A DNA stretch of 64,000 nt from an uncultured Phocaeicola sp. (GTDB taxonomy: Bacteria; Bacteroidota; Bacteroidia; Bacteroidales; Bacteroidaceae): the NCBI GenBank assembly GCA_944320815.1, contig CALUIZ010000005.1, forward strand, positions 13,597 to 77,596. The letters run 5' to 3'. The notes beneath the pieces were generated by a model that was given only the letters and a program-made list of their open reading frames with translations, was not told the DNA's origin and did no database searches. The position numbers and the translations under genes were made by a program. Numbering within the stretch: position 1 is the stretch's first letter; every line of letters starts with the position of its first letter. This document shows, in pieces, positions 36,458-45,053 of the stretch.

Positions 36458-36672
36458 TTTAAATCCGGTAGCTGGTTTGGTAAGATTAAGATTTGTTGTA
36501 ACTTTACCCCATAAAAACGGAAAGCGGGCATTTGCCGTTTCTTCTGCCTTGTGGAGGCACTGGAAAGTCCGTGGAACCTTGCATGTGGCACGCCTGTGTT
36601 TCGGCTTGAATTCCACGGTATTCAGATGACGGGAACGGCCTGGACACACCGCTGGAATGAAAACTGATTCTT

Positions 36673-37452
36673 ATGACAAGGAAACCATTGTTGTTGCTGT
36701 CGAACGACGACGGCTTTGATGCGAAAGGAATAAAGGAACTCATGAATGTGTTGCGCCCCTTGGCGGATTTGATTGTGGTGGCCCCTTCGGGCCCGCGTTC
36801 CGGTTCGGCCGGGGCGATTACGTCGCAGGTGCCTTTGAAATGTACTCTGGTTTCGAAGGAACAGGGACTGGTGGTATATAAATGTACGGGTACGCCGGTC
36901 GACTGTGTGAAGCTGGCCCTGCATTCCATCGTTCCCCATATGCCCGACATGATAATCGGCGGCATCAACCATGGAGACAACTCTTCCGTGAACGTGCATT
37001 ATTCCGGCACGATGGGAGTGGTGATAGAGGGATGTCTGAAAGGAGTGCCCTCCGTAGGTTTCTCTCTCTGCAACCATGCTCCGGATGCCGATTTCTCCAC
37101 TGCTTTGCCTTATGTCCGCCGGATTGTGGAGAATGTGCTGTCTGAGGGATTGCCGGTGGGGGTTTGCCTGAATGTGAATTTTCCCGACGTGAAAGACTTG
37201 AAGGGGGTGCGTGTTTGCAGACAGACAGACGGCTCGTGGACCAGTGAATTTGTGGAAAGGGAGCATCCGCACGGAGGAAAATATTATTGGATGACGGGTG
37301 TCTATATCAATAACGAACCGGATGCGGAGGAGTCCGACCATTGGGCGTTGGACCATGGGTATGTGGCGGTCACCCCAACCAAAATAGATGTGACGGCCTA
37401 TGAGCAGATGGAACGGCTTGAAAAGTGGAACTGGAATGTGGAAGGCGTATGA
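36673..37452 (+). CDS. surE: 5'/3'-nucleotidase SurE
   Basis: 259 aa with the N-terminal motif LLLSNDDGFDAKGI and GINHGDN. Confidence 0.9.
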   Translation: MTRKPLLLLSNDDGFDAKGIKELMNVLRPLADLIVVAPSGPRSGSAGAITSQVPLKCTLVSKEQGLVVYKCTGTPVDCVKLALHSIVPHMPDMIIGGINHGDNSSVNVHYSGTMGVVIEGCLKGVPSVGFSLCNHAPDADFSTALPYVRRIVENVLSEGLPVGVCLNVNFPDVKDLKGVRVCRQTDGSWTSEFVEREHPHGGKYYWMTGVYINNEPDAEESDHWALDHGYVAVTPTKIDVTAYEQMERLEKWNWNVEGV

Positions 37453-38591
37453 AATATTATCTGATTGTCGGTGAGGCTTCGGGGGATTTGCATGCCTCCA
37501 ATCTGATGAAAGCCCTCCTTGCGCGCGACGCTTCCGCAGAATTCCGTTTTTTCGGAGGCGACTTGATGAAGGCGGTGGGAGGGACCTGCGTGAAGCATTA
37601 CAGGGAGCTGGCTTATATGGGGTTCATTCCCGTGCTGCTTCATCTCAGGACTATCTTCCGCAACATGGACTTCTGCAAGCGGGATGTGGTGGAATGGAAT
37701 CCTGACGTGCTGATTCTGGTGGATTATCCGGGATTCAATCTGAAGGTAGCGGAATATATCAGGGCGCATACGGAGATTCCGGTGTTCTATTACATTTCTC
37801 CTAAAATATGGGCCTGGAAGGAATATCGCATCAAAAACATCAAAAGGGATGTCAGTGAATTGTATTCTATCCTTCCTTTTGAAGTCGACTTTTTCCGGCG
37901 GCATGATTATCCGGTAAATTATGTGGGCAATCCTTGTGTGGATGCGGTGGAGGCATTCTGTTCCGCGAACGCTTCCGACACGCGGGAGAAGTTTCTTGCC
38001 GACAACCGCCTCTCTGACAGGCCGGTGGTTGCCTTGCTGGCCGGAAGCCGCAGACAGGAGATAAAGGACAATCTGCCACGGATGCTTGAAGCGGCGCAGG
38101 CCTTCCCTGATTTTCAATTTGTGGTGGCGGGTGCGCCGGGAATCTCACCGGAGTTTTACAGGAAATATCTTCATCCCGACACAGAAATCGTTTACGGGCA
38201 GACTTACAGGCTGCTCCGGTATGCTTCGGCCGCTTTGGTTACCAGCGGAACCGCCACTCTTGAAGCGGCTTTGTTCCGTGTGCCTCAGGTGGTGTGCTAT
38301 TATACGGCAGCCGGAAAACTTGTTTCCTTCCTGCGCCGTCATATATTGAAGGTGAAATACATTTCTCTGGTCAATCTGGTGGCCGGGAAGGAGGTGGTGA
38401 AGGAGCTGGTGGCTGATGGGATGACTGTGCAGAACGTCCGCAATGAATTGGGGGCGATTCTTCCGGGAGGAAATGGGCGTGCCGGAATGCTGGCGGGCTA
38501 TGAGGAGATGATTCGGATTCTGGGAGATGCCGGCGCATCGGAGCGTGCGGCCGGAATGATGATAAAAAAACTGAAGGAAACTGGCAGATGA
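37449..38591 (+). CDS. lpxB: lipid-A-disaccharide synthase
   Basis: ORF 37425..38591 is trimmed to MKYYLIVGEASGDLHASNLM. Its ATG overlaps the surE stop (ATGA). Confidence 0.9.
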   Translation: MKYYLIVGEASGDLHASNLMKALLARDASAEFRFFGGDLMKAVGGTCVKHYRELAYMGFIPVLLHLRTIFRNMDFCKRDVVEWNPDVLILVDYPGFNLKVAEYIRAHTEIPVFYYISPKIWAWKEYRIKNIKRDVSELYSILPFEVDFFRRHDYPVNYVGNPCVDAVEAFCSANASDTREKFLADNRLSDRPVVALLAGSRRQEIKDNLPRMLEAAQAFPDFQFVVAGAPGISPEFYRKYLHPDTEIVYGQTYRLLRYASAALVTSGTATLEAALFRVPQVVCYYTAAGKLVSFLRRHILKVKYISLVNLVAGKEVVKELVADGMTVQNVRNELGAILPGGNGRAGMLAGYEEMIRILGDAGASERAAGMMIKKLKETGR

Positions 38592-38612
38592 GCCGGTTTC
38601 CTTCAGTTTTTT
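38571..38612 (+). terminator. intrinsic terminator overlapping the end of lpxB
   Basis: The arms ctgaaggaaac (38571-38581) and gtttccttcag (38596-38606) are followed by T6. Confidence 0.7.
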
Positions 38613-38637
38613 ATTGGATGGAATATTGGTTACGTCG

Positions 38638-39477
38638 TTACAATAAGGAAATCACATAGAGGTAGACCACGGCGGCAGGGACTGCCATCAGGGTGCTGTC
38701 GAAACGGTCCAGCATCCCTCCATGTCCGGGAAGAATGTTGCCTGAGTCCTTGATGCCCAAAGTCCGTTTCAACAGAGATTCGGTCAAGTCTCCCCAAGTG
38801 CTGAATACGACAACGGTCAGAGCCAGTCCGATCCATACGCCTGTCGGCATGAATGGGAAGAAGTGGGCCATTACGGCAGCGGCAATGATGCAGAACACTC
38901 CGCCTCCAATGGAACCTTCCCACGACTTCTTTGGTGAAATTCGTTCAAACAGACGATGCTTGCCGAACAGTACCCCGGTGCAGTAAGCCCCCGTATCATT
39001 GACCCATGTGAAGATGAAAATGGAAAGAGGCAATATCGGGTTGTATTCCGATGTGCTTCCCGTAAGGCTTGTGTGGAACGCAAGTACATTCAGCAGTGAA
39101 AAGGGCAGGGCGATATACATCTGGCTCATCATCGTGTATGCCATATTATGCAGCGGATTCTTGCGCTTTAAATACAGTTCGCTGACCATCAGGTAGATAA
39201 TCAGAAACAGATAGGGGATGAGAATCCTGCTTTCTCCCGGTGCTATTCCCAGATATGCAAAACCGAAATATAGAAAGACTCCGGCCAGCATGCATAAGGT
39301 CTTGTTTATTTGCACCCCTTCCTGTCTGCTTGCTATGTTCCCGAATTCATGGATTGTCAGTGCCGTGATGATGGCAAACAGGATACTGAAGGAAACAGGT
39401 CCTCCGAGAATACCGCCCACCAGCACTGCCACGAAGATGATTCCGGTGATTGTCCGTTGTATAAAATTGCTTTTCAC
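38638..39477 (-). CDS. cdsA: phosphatidate cytidylyltransferase
   Basis: 279-aa polytopic ORF with the C-terminal signature SLLKRTLGIKDSGNILPGHGGMLDRFDS. Confidence 0.9.
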   Translation of the reverse strand: MKSNFIQRTITGIIFVAVLVGGILGGPVSFSILFAIITALTIHEFGNIASRQEGVQINKTLCMLAGVFLYFGFAYLGIAPGESRILIPYLFLIIYLMVSELYLKRKNPLHNMAYTMMSQMYIALPFSLLNVLAFHTSLTGSTSEYNPILPLSIFIFTWVNDTGAYCTGVLFGKHRLFERISPKKSWEGSIGGGVFCIIAAAVMAHFFPFMPTGVWIGLALTVVVFSTWGDLTESLLKRTLGIKDSGNILPGHGGMLDRFDSTLMAVPAAVVYLYVISLL

Positions 39478-39494
39478 GATGCGACGTTTTTATG

Positions 39495-41573
39495 TTATTC
39501 CTGCGTTTTGTCTGCTGTGGGATTCTCCTTGTTGTCGGCAGCCTCTTCCTTTCCGTTTCCTTCCTTTTCGTCTGTCGGAAGTTCTGCGGTTTCTTTGTCT
39601 GCTCCCAGTTGCTTCGGAGCCTCTTCTTCAGCCTCTATCGTTTTAGTTTCAGCCATGATTTCTTCTGAACGTGAGGTCCACGGACGTTTCCCGAATATGC
39701 GTTCGACATCTTCAGCGAAGATTACTTCACGTTCAATCAGCAGTTGTGCCAGTTGGTTATGTCCCTCGCTGTGTTCTTTCAACAGCTCTTTGGCACGTGT
39801 GTATTGTTCGCTGATCATGTTCTGCACTTCCCGGTCAATCATTTCAGCTGTACGTTCGCTATAAGGTTTTGTAAAGCTGTATTCGTCTGTGCTGCTGTAG
39901 TAGCACAAATTGGGGAGCTTGTCGCTCATTCCTGCATATGCAATCATTCCGTAAGCCTGTTTGGTGACACGCTCAAGGTCATTCATCGCACCCGTCGAGA
40001 TGTGTCCGATAAACAGCTCTTCTGCCGCGCGTCCTCCCAGTGTGGCGCACATTTCGTCAAGCATCTGTTCTTTAGTTGTAATCTGTCGCTCTTCCGGAAG
40101 ATACCATGCGGCTCCCAATGCGCGTCCGCGGGGTACAATGGTTACCTTGATCAGCGGATTCGCATGCTCCAGAAACCATGATATAGTAGCATGCCCGGCT
40201 TCATGCAGGGCGATGGAGCGTTTTTCGGCTGCGGTCATCACTTTGGTCTTCTTTTCAAGCCCGCCGACAATACGGTCGATGGCAGCCAGAAAGTCATCTT
40301 TCCCCACCGACTTTTTCTGATGGCGCGCGGCGATGAGAGCGGCTTCGTTGCAGACATTGGCGATGTCAGCTCCGCTGAATCCCGGTGTCTGGCGTGCAAG
40401 CAAGTCAACGTCCACCGTATCGTCAAGCTTTAACGGACGCAGATGCACGCCGAACACCTCCTTCCGCTCGTTTAAGTCCGGAAGGTCAACGTATATCTGA
40501 CGGTCGAAACGTCCCGCACGCAACAAAGCTTTGTCGAGGATGTCCACGCGGTTTGTGGCCGCAAGGATGATGACACCGCTGTTCGACCCGAAACCATCCA
40601 TTTCTGTCAGCAACTGGTTCAGCGTGTTTTCGCGTTCATCATTTCCTCCCATGCTCGGATTTTTTCCGCGTGCACGTCCCACCGCGTCGATTTCGTCAAT
40701 AAAGATGATGCACGGCGCTTTTTCTTTTGCCTGACGGAACAGGTCACGCACACGGGAAGCTCCCACACCTACGAACATTTCCACAAAATCTGATCCGGAG
40801 ATGGAGAAGAACGGCACGTCCGCCTCTCCTGCCACAGCTTTGGCCAGCAGGGTCTTTCCCGTTCCCGGAGGGCCTACCAGAAGTGCACCTTTAGGGATTT
40901 TCCCCCCCAACTCCGTATATTTCTGCGGCTGTTTCAGAAAGTCCACGATTTCCTGTACTTCCTGCTTGGCTGCAGCTTGTCCTGCCACATCTTTGAATGT
41001 GATGCGGTTTGTGCCTTTCTCGAACAGCTGCGCTTTGCTCCGGCCTACATTGAATACGTTTGAAGCGCCTCCGGCACCGGCTCCTCCCCCCATACGGCGC
41101 ATGAGGAATATCCACAGGACGATAAAGAAAACAATCGGGAGGAGATTCCAGAACAGCATGCCGAAATATTCGCTCTTCTCTTCATATTGTATAGACCCGG
41201 TGAAGTTTCCGTTGTCCTGCTGCTCGTTGATGAACTTGTCGAAAGACTCCATAGAGCCGATCCGTACGGTTACGGCAGGGCTTCTTCCCACTTTTTCCGC
41301 ATCTTTCTTGAACACGTCTACGATGTGGTCCGGTTTGATGAACACTTCCAGCGTATTGTTGTCGTATGCGATAATTTTGTCGGCATATCCCTTGCTTACC
41401 ATTTCCTTGAACTCGGTGTAGTTTACCTCTTTAGTGGCACTTCCTTCATCGCCGGTAAACCACAGCCAGCCGAACACCAGCGCGATGAGCACATAGAGCC
41501 ATGTCAGGTTAGGACGCGGCACGTTGATTTTCGGTTTGTTATTGTTGTTATTGTTGTTTGAGCCTTCGTTCAT
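39495..41573 (-). CDS. ftsH: ATP-dependent zinc metalloprotease FtsH
   Basis: 692 aa with Walker [14 protein letters not shown], Walker [10 protein letters not shown], the SRH region and the zinc motif HEAGHA. The N-terminus has an Asn9 run, and the C-terminal tail is acidic. Confidence 0.95.
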   Translation of the reverse strand: MNEGSNNNNNNNKPKINVPRPNLTWLYVLIALVFGWLWFTGDEGSATKEVNYTEFKEMVSKGYADKIIAYDNNTLEVFIKPDHIVDVFKKDAEKVGRSPAVTVRIGSMESFDKFINEQQDNGNFTGSIQYEEKSEYFGMLFWNLLPIVFFIVLWIFLMRRMGGGAGAGGASNVFNVGRSKAQLFEKGTNRITFKDVAGQAAAKQEVQEIVDFLKQPQKYTELGGKIPKGALLVGPPGTGKTLLAKAVAGEADVPFFSISGSDFVEMFVGVGASRVRDLFRQAKEKAPCIIFIDEIDAVGRARGKNPSMGGNDERENTLNQLLTEMDGFGSNSGVIILAATNRVDILDKALLRAGRFDRQIYVDLPDLNERKEVFGVHLRPLKLDDTVDVDLLARQTPGFSGADIANVCNEAALIAARHQKKSVGKDDFLAAIDRIVGGLEKKTKVMTAAEKRSIALHEAGHATISWFLEHANPLIKVTIVPRGRALGAAWYLPEERQITTKEQMLDEMCATLGGRAAEELFIGHISTGAMNDLERVTKQAYGMIAYAGMSDKLPNLCYYSSTDEYSFTKPYSERTAEMIDREVQNMISEQYTRAKELLKEHSEGHNQLAQLLIEREVIFAEDVERIFGKRPWTSRSEEIMAETKTIEAEEEAPKQLGADKETAELPTDEKEGNGKEEAADNKENPTADKTQE

Positions 41574-41600
41574 ATTCGTGTCTTATAGTTTAGGCGGGGA

Positions 41601-41960
41601 TTAGTCCAGATCCGGTATTGAGGTAAGTTTTGCGTCTTCCCATAAATGTTCCAGATCATAAAAGTTGCGCATTTCCGGCAGGAATACGTGTACCACCACG
41701 TCACTGTAGTCCATAGCCACCCATTGCGCATTTCTTTGTCCGTCGATGGACAGCACTCTTATACCCGTTTCTTTTTTTACATGGTCTTTGATGGAGTCAA
41801 CGATTGCCAGGACCTGAGTGGGGGAATTTCCCTGGCAAATGATAAGATAGTTGCATATTGTATCTTCAATCTCTGTCAAGTCGGCAGTGACGATGTTTTT
41901 CCCTTTTTTCTCTTGAATCCCTTCGATTATTTTTTCAATCAGTTGTTTCGTTTCGTTCAT
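41601..41960 (-). CDS. rsfS: ribosome silencing factor RsfS
   Basis: ORF 41601..42029 is trimmed to MNETKQLIEKIIEGIQEKKG. It has the motif WVAMDYSDVVVHVFLPEMRNFYDLEHLW. Confidence 0.85.
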   Translation of the reverse strand: MNETKQLIEKIIEGIQEKKGKNIVTADLTEIEDTICNYLIICQGNSPTQVLAIVDSIKDHVKKETGIRVLSIDGQRNAQWVAMDYSDVVVHVFLPEMRNFYDLEHLWEDAKLTSIPDLD

Positions 41961-42001
41961 TATTTGCTTTTTCGTTAAAATTATGTATTTGTAATATCCG
42001 A

Positions 42002-42009
42002 CAAAGATA
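42002..42009 (-). promoter_or_regulatory. putative -7 box (TATCTTTG) for rsfS-ftsH-cdsA
   Basis: The plus strand reads caaagata. It lies 42 nt upstream of the ATG at 41960, inside the longer ORF-track version. Confidence 0.45.
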
Positions 42010-42156
42010 CTGGCTTTTCTGTATATCACGAAAGAAAGTTAACTTATTTCTCCTTTTCTTTTGTATTTTTTTAGTGGCATGTCCGGCCGATGGAGGGAAA
42101 ATAAAGGGGAAAAAAGAAAAAAATACGGTTTGTTTTAGAAAAATGTCCCGAAAAGG

Positions 42157-42186
42157 TTTGTAAGTTCCAAAAATATTGTACCTTTG
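42157..42186 (+). promoter_or_regulatory. putative Bacteroidota promoter (-33 TTTG / -7 TACCTTTG) for the tRNA-Gln pair
   Basis: TTTG is at 42157-42160 and tacctttg at 42179-42186, an 18-nt spacer. tRNA position 1 lies 40 nt downstream. Confidence 0.55.
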
Positions 42187-42225
42187 CACCGTCAAAACAA
42201 AAAGATGACAAACGTTCTCTGATTT

Positions 42226-42296
42226 TGGGCTATGGTGTAATGGTAACACAACAGATTCTGGTCCTGTTTTTCTTGGTTCGAGTCCGAGTAGCCCAA
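42226..42296 (+). tRNA. tRNA-Gln (anticodon CUG), copy 1
   Basis: Hand-folded cloverleaf. The acceptor stem is TGGGCTA/TAGCCCA, the D stem GTGT/ACAC, and the anticodon stem ACAGA/CCTGT with an A31-C39 mismatch. The anticodon loop is TT-CTG-GT, the T arm is CTTGG-TTCGAGT-CCGAG, and the discriminator is A. It is 71 nt with no encoded CCA. Confidence 0.75.
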
Positions 42297-42305
42297 CTTC
42301 ATTTC

Positions 42306-42338
42306 ATGATGAGGTCCTCACGGAGAGGATATCATCAT
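42306..42338 (+). other. stable hairpin in the 48-nt spacer between the two tRNA-Gln copies
   Basis: atgatga (42306-42312) pairs with tcatcat (42332-42338). An inner stem gtcctc/gaggat (42314-42319 / 42325-42330, one G-U pair) has a 5-nt loop. No U-tract follows. Confidence 0.5.
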
Positions 42339-42344
42339 TCAGTT

Positions 42345-42415
42345 TGGGCTATGGTGTAATGGTAACACAACAGATTCTGGTCCTGTTTTTCTTGGTTCGA
42401 GTCCGAGTAGCCCAA
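42345..42415 (+). tRNA. tRNA-Gln (anticodon CUG), copy 2 (identical to copy 1)
   Basis: The 71-nt sequence is identical to 42226-42296 by direct comparison. Confidence 0.75.
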
Positions 42416-42418
42416 CAA

Positions 42419-42456
42419 AAGAGAGATATGGTTTCATTCCATGTCTCTTTTTTTGT
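42419..42456 (+). terminator. intrinsic terminator after the tRNA pair
   Basis: The stem aagagagatatgg / ccatgtctctt has a 7-nt loop and one G-U pair, and is followed by T7. Confidence 0.65.
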
Positions 42457-42485
42457 GCGTGTATGCGAAGGGTGGTTTTATAACA

Positions 42486-42529
42486 AAATCCGCCGTTTGC
42501 CTGTTCCAGTTCAGACAAACGGCGGATTT
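42486..42529. terminator. perfect 14-bp hairpin downstream of queA
   Basis: The arms aaatccgccgtttg (42486-42499) and caaacggcggattt (42516-42529) are followed on the minus strand by ttttgtt. Confidence 0.6.
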
Positions 42530-42554
42530 GATTAGTTGTATGAGGGTTGAAGGT

Positions 42555-43772
42555 TCAGGGAACCAGCAGCGACGAATCGCCGTAGCTCAGGAAGCGGAAT
42601 CCGTTGTCCAGTGCATAGTTGTAGATTTTCCGCCAGTCGCCTTTCACGAATGCCGATACGAGCAGGAGCAGCGTACTCTGTGGCTGGTGGAAATTGGTCA
42701 CCATCTTCCTTACTACTTTATAGCTGTATCCCGGTGCGATGATGATTTGCGTGCTGGTATGCAACGCTTCCAGTCCGTGCCGGTCCATGTAGTCCAGAAT
42801 GTGCCTGAGCGATTCGACGGTGGTCAGTTGCGGAGCCGTGTCGTAGGGCTGCCACTGGTTCACGTGCAGTTCCTCCTGACTGGCATCGGGGCGTTCGCTG
42901 AGGGTGACACCTATATAATATAAACTTTCGAGGGTACGGACAGACGTAGTGCCTACCGCGACGGCTTTCCCTTGATGTGCGATCAGTTTTTCGACAGTTT
43001 GCCTGTTGACCGAAATATATTCGGTGTGCATCTCATGCCCTTCGATTTCCTCACTTTTTACCGGTTTGAATGTGCCGGCACCCACATGGAGAGTGACTTC
43101 TTCCAGGTCCACCCCTTTTTTCTTCAGGGCTTCCAGTACGCGTTCCGTGAAATGAAGCCCTGCGGTGGGAGCGGCCACCGAGCCTTTTATCTTGGAATAG
43201 ACGGTCTGATAGGTTTCCTTGTCGCTTTCCTGCGTCTCCCTGTTCAGATAAGGCGGGATGGGCAGTTCGCCGAACATCTCCAGAATGTCGGCAAAGGTCA
43301 CTTCCGGATTGTCCCATCTGAAGTCAATCCAGTGGCTTGTCCCCCGGCATTCTCCGCGTGTGGCGGTCAGAGTGAGCGGTTTCCCTTTCACCGTCATTTC
43401 CCTGTGCAGTGGGCCTTCCTTCCATTTCTTCAGGTTGCCTATCATGCAGAGCCATGCCGAATGGCCGGTCTGCTGGAAGTTCAGCGCATAGTCGTTGGGC
43501 TGTACGGGTTCCAGACAGAATATTTCAATCAGCGCGCCGGTCTCTTTCCGGAAATGCAGCCGTGCCTGGATTACTTTCGTGTTGTTGAAAATCATCAGTT
43601 CGCCGGGTTCCAGATAGTCGGGCAGAGAGGTGAACTTGTCTTCGCTCACTTCCCCGTGGCGGTACACCAGCAGTTTCGACTGGTCGCGTACGGGAAGCGG
43701 AAACTTCGCTATGCGCTCTTCTGGGAGCGGATAGTTGAAATCGTTTATTCTGATATGTCTTGTATCTTCCAT
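42555..43772 (-). CDS. queA: S-adenosylmethionine:tRNA ribosyltransferase-isomerase
   Basis: 405 aa with FNYPLPEERIAKFP, MIFNNTKVIQARL, PTAGLHFT, VGTTSVRTLES and TNFHQPQSTLLLLVSAF. Confidence 0.9.
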   Translation of the reverse strand: MEDTRHIRINDFNYPLPEERIAKFPLPVRDQSKLLVYRHGEVSEDKFTSLPDYLEPGELMIFNNTKVIQARLHFRKETGALIEIFCLEPVQPNDYALNFQQTGHSAWLCMIGNLKKWKEGPLHREMTVKGKPLTLTATRGECRGTSHWIDFRWDNPEVTFADILEMFGELPIPPYLNRETQESDKETYQTVYSKIKGSVAAPTAGLHFTERVLEALKKKGVDLEEVTLHVGAGTFKPVKSEEIEGHEMHTEYISVNRQTVEKLIAHQGKAVAVGTTSVRTLESLYYIGVTLSERPDASQEELHVNQWQPYDTAPQLTTVESLRHILDYMDRHGLEALHTSTQIIIAPGYSYKVVRKMVTNFHQPQSTLLLLVSAFVKGDWRKIYNYALDNGFRFLSYGDSSLLVP

Positions 43773-43798
43773 TTCTGTCTTTCAGTGTGAAATTTCTG

Positions 43799-43806
43799 CA
43801 AAGGTA
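43799..43806 (-). promoter_or_regulatory. putative -7 box (TACCTTTG) for queA
   Basis: The plus strand reads caaaggta. It lies 27 nt upstream of the ATG at 43772. Confidence 0.45.
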
Positions 43807-43923
43807 CAACATTCCGGCGGATAATCTTTCAAACGTGCCGACTATTGTTCCGGAGTCCGGTCTGAAGCATCGGGTTGTTCCGGATCGGACACCGGGTCGC
43901 TTCATACCAGACAAAAGGGTGTT

Positions 43924-44814
43924 TCAGGTGGGGTTCAGGAACTTCTTTTCCAACTCCAGATCCAGGTCGGTCATCTGCGGCGAAGGAATGTTGCACATGC
44001 GGATGACATCTTCCGGACTGCAGGTATAGGCGTAATAGCGTTTTTCCGTTTCGTTGAGCGATTCGCGGCTTTTCAGGATTCCTTTCAGCTTCAGAAACTC
44101 CGCACGGTCTGTGCTTTCAGACATTTTCACGAACAGAATGCGCCGCGCAATCGGGTTGTAGTTGTAGTCGCAGCAAGTGTAGATGCCTCTCAGGTAAGGA
44201 GGCCGGTCGTACATGGGAATTTTCAGGCAGATGTAGAACAGAGCCAGTTGGGGAGGTCTGTTCTCGTTGAATACCAGATACATGTGGTTGAGTCCGTTCA
44301 TCATGACCGCTCCCCAGTGTGTGGTTCCATATACATTCTGATGCCCCACTTCCACATAGTTCCCGCTTTCGGAAGGGGCGATGAGGTATGGTTCGATTTT
44401 CATGGCCGGACTGCTTGACGATATGCTGTAGCTCAGATAAATCCCGCTGTAGTTGGCAATCTGGTTGGCGGTCTCTTTCAGATTGCATTCCAGTGCGCAG
44501 AGAAACGGGTTGGGCGACGTGTCCTTGTGACTTTGCGGAACGATTTCCATGGTGAACAGCGCGTTTCTCAGCACGGGAAGCGAGCCGAGAAGCTTTTTCT
44601 TTGATACGTTGTTCACCCACACCAGTGCCTTGTCGAGTGCTTCGTCTTCATTGCACCCCTTTTCGGTTTCCTTGAAATAAGCGGGCAGTACGGTGGAATA
44701 GATGGCAGACAGAACACTGGGAGAAAAACCGGATTTTTCTGCCATGTCCTTCATTTTCACTCCCTTCTGCCTCAGAAAAGTGATCCGTTCGTATATTTCT
44801 TTCAGTTCATTCAT
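43924..44814 (-). CDS. hypothetical protein with N-terminal XRE-like helix-turn-helix and unassigned ~220-aa C-terminal domain
   Basis: 296-aa ORF. The N-terminus ITFLRQKGVKMKDMAEKSGFSPSVLSAIYS resembles Cro/C1-type HTH, and I recognise nothing in the remainder. It is divergent from the phn operon. Confidence 0.55.
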   Translation of the reverse strand: MNELKEIYERITFLRQKGVKMKDMAEKSGFSPSVLSAIYSTVLPAYFKETEKGCNEDEALDKALVWVNNVSKKKLLGSLPVLRNALFTMEIVPQSHKDTSPNPFLCALECNLKETANQIANYSGIYLSYSISSSSPAMKIEPYLIAPSESGNYVEVGHQNVYGTTHWGAVMMNGLNHMYLVFNENRPPQLALFYICLKIPMYDRPPYLRGIYTCCDYNYNPIARRILFVKMSESTDRAEFLKLKGILKSRESLNETEKRYYAYTCSPEDVIRMCNIPSPQMTDLDLELEKKFLNPT

Positions 44815-44848
44815 ATGCCGACATGTCTGTGTCTTTGGTTTCGACGGG

Positions 44849-44856
44849 TAAAGTTA
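44849..44856 (-). promoter_or_regulatory. putative -7 box (TAACTTTA, one mismatch) for the 43924-44814 gene
   Basis: The plus strand reads taaagtta. It lies 35 nt upstream of the ATG at 44814. Confidence 0.3.
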
Positions 44857-44919
44857 CGCATTTTCTTCCAAGGTGTTCCCAAAACGGATGTGACAAAATG
44901 ATTTCAAACGCATGTGATT

Positions 44920-44945
44920 CCTGTTTCATTCTGATGATGAACAGG
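44920..44945. promoter_or_regulatory. imperfect palindrome in the divergent control region (candidate operator)
   Basis: CCTGTT(T)CAT-tctgatg-ATGAACAGG. The arms pair 9/9 if one T is bulged. It lies between the two divergent -7 boxes. Confidence 0.25.
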
Positions 44946-45019
44946 TTGCATGAATGTTTCTGAATTATTTCATGTTTATGATTCATCCGTTATTCATTTT
45001 TCCTTTTCTGTCTCCGCTC

Positions 45020-45027
45020 TACTTTTG
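45020..45027 (+). promoter_or_regulatory. putative -7 box (TACTTTTG) for the membrane protein-phnX-phnW operon
   Basis: tacttttg lies 27 nt upstream of the ATG at 45054. It overlaps the GTG start used by the ORF track (45027), which argues for the ATG. Confidence 0.45.
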
Positions 45028-45053
45028 TGCCGGAATCAGAAAAGAACGAGAAC

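Noticed and set aside
36319-36672. Possible oriC next to parA. This is a 354-bp divergent non-coding region with a TGTTGATAA near-DnaA box at 36399-36407.
   Set aside because: There is only one near-consensus box with one mismatch, no cluster of DnaA boxes, no AT-rich unwinding element, and no dnaA or dnaN nearby. That is insufficient for an origin call.
42555-43772. QueA is about 50 aa longer than E. coli QueA. The extra ~40 residues fall between VGTTSVRTLES and the APGYSYK motif.
   Set aside because: I believe this insertion is a normal feature of Bacteroidota-type QueA proteins. I cannot verify that without alignment, so it is not treated as a finding.
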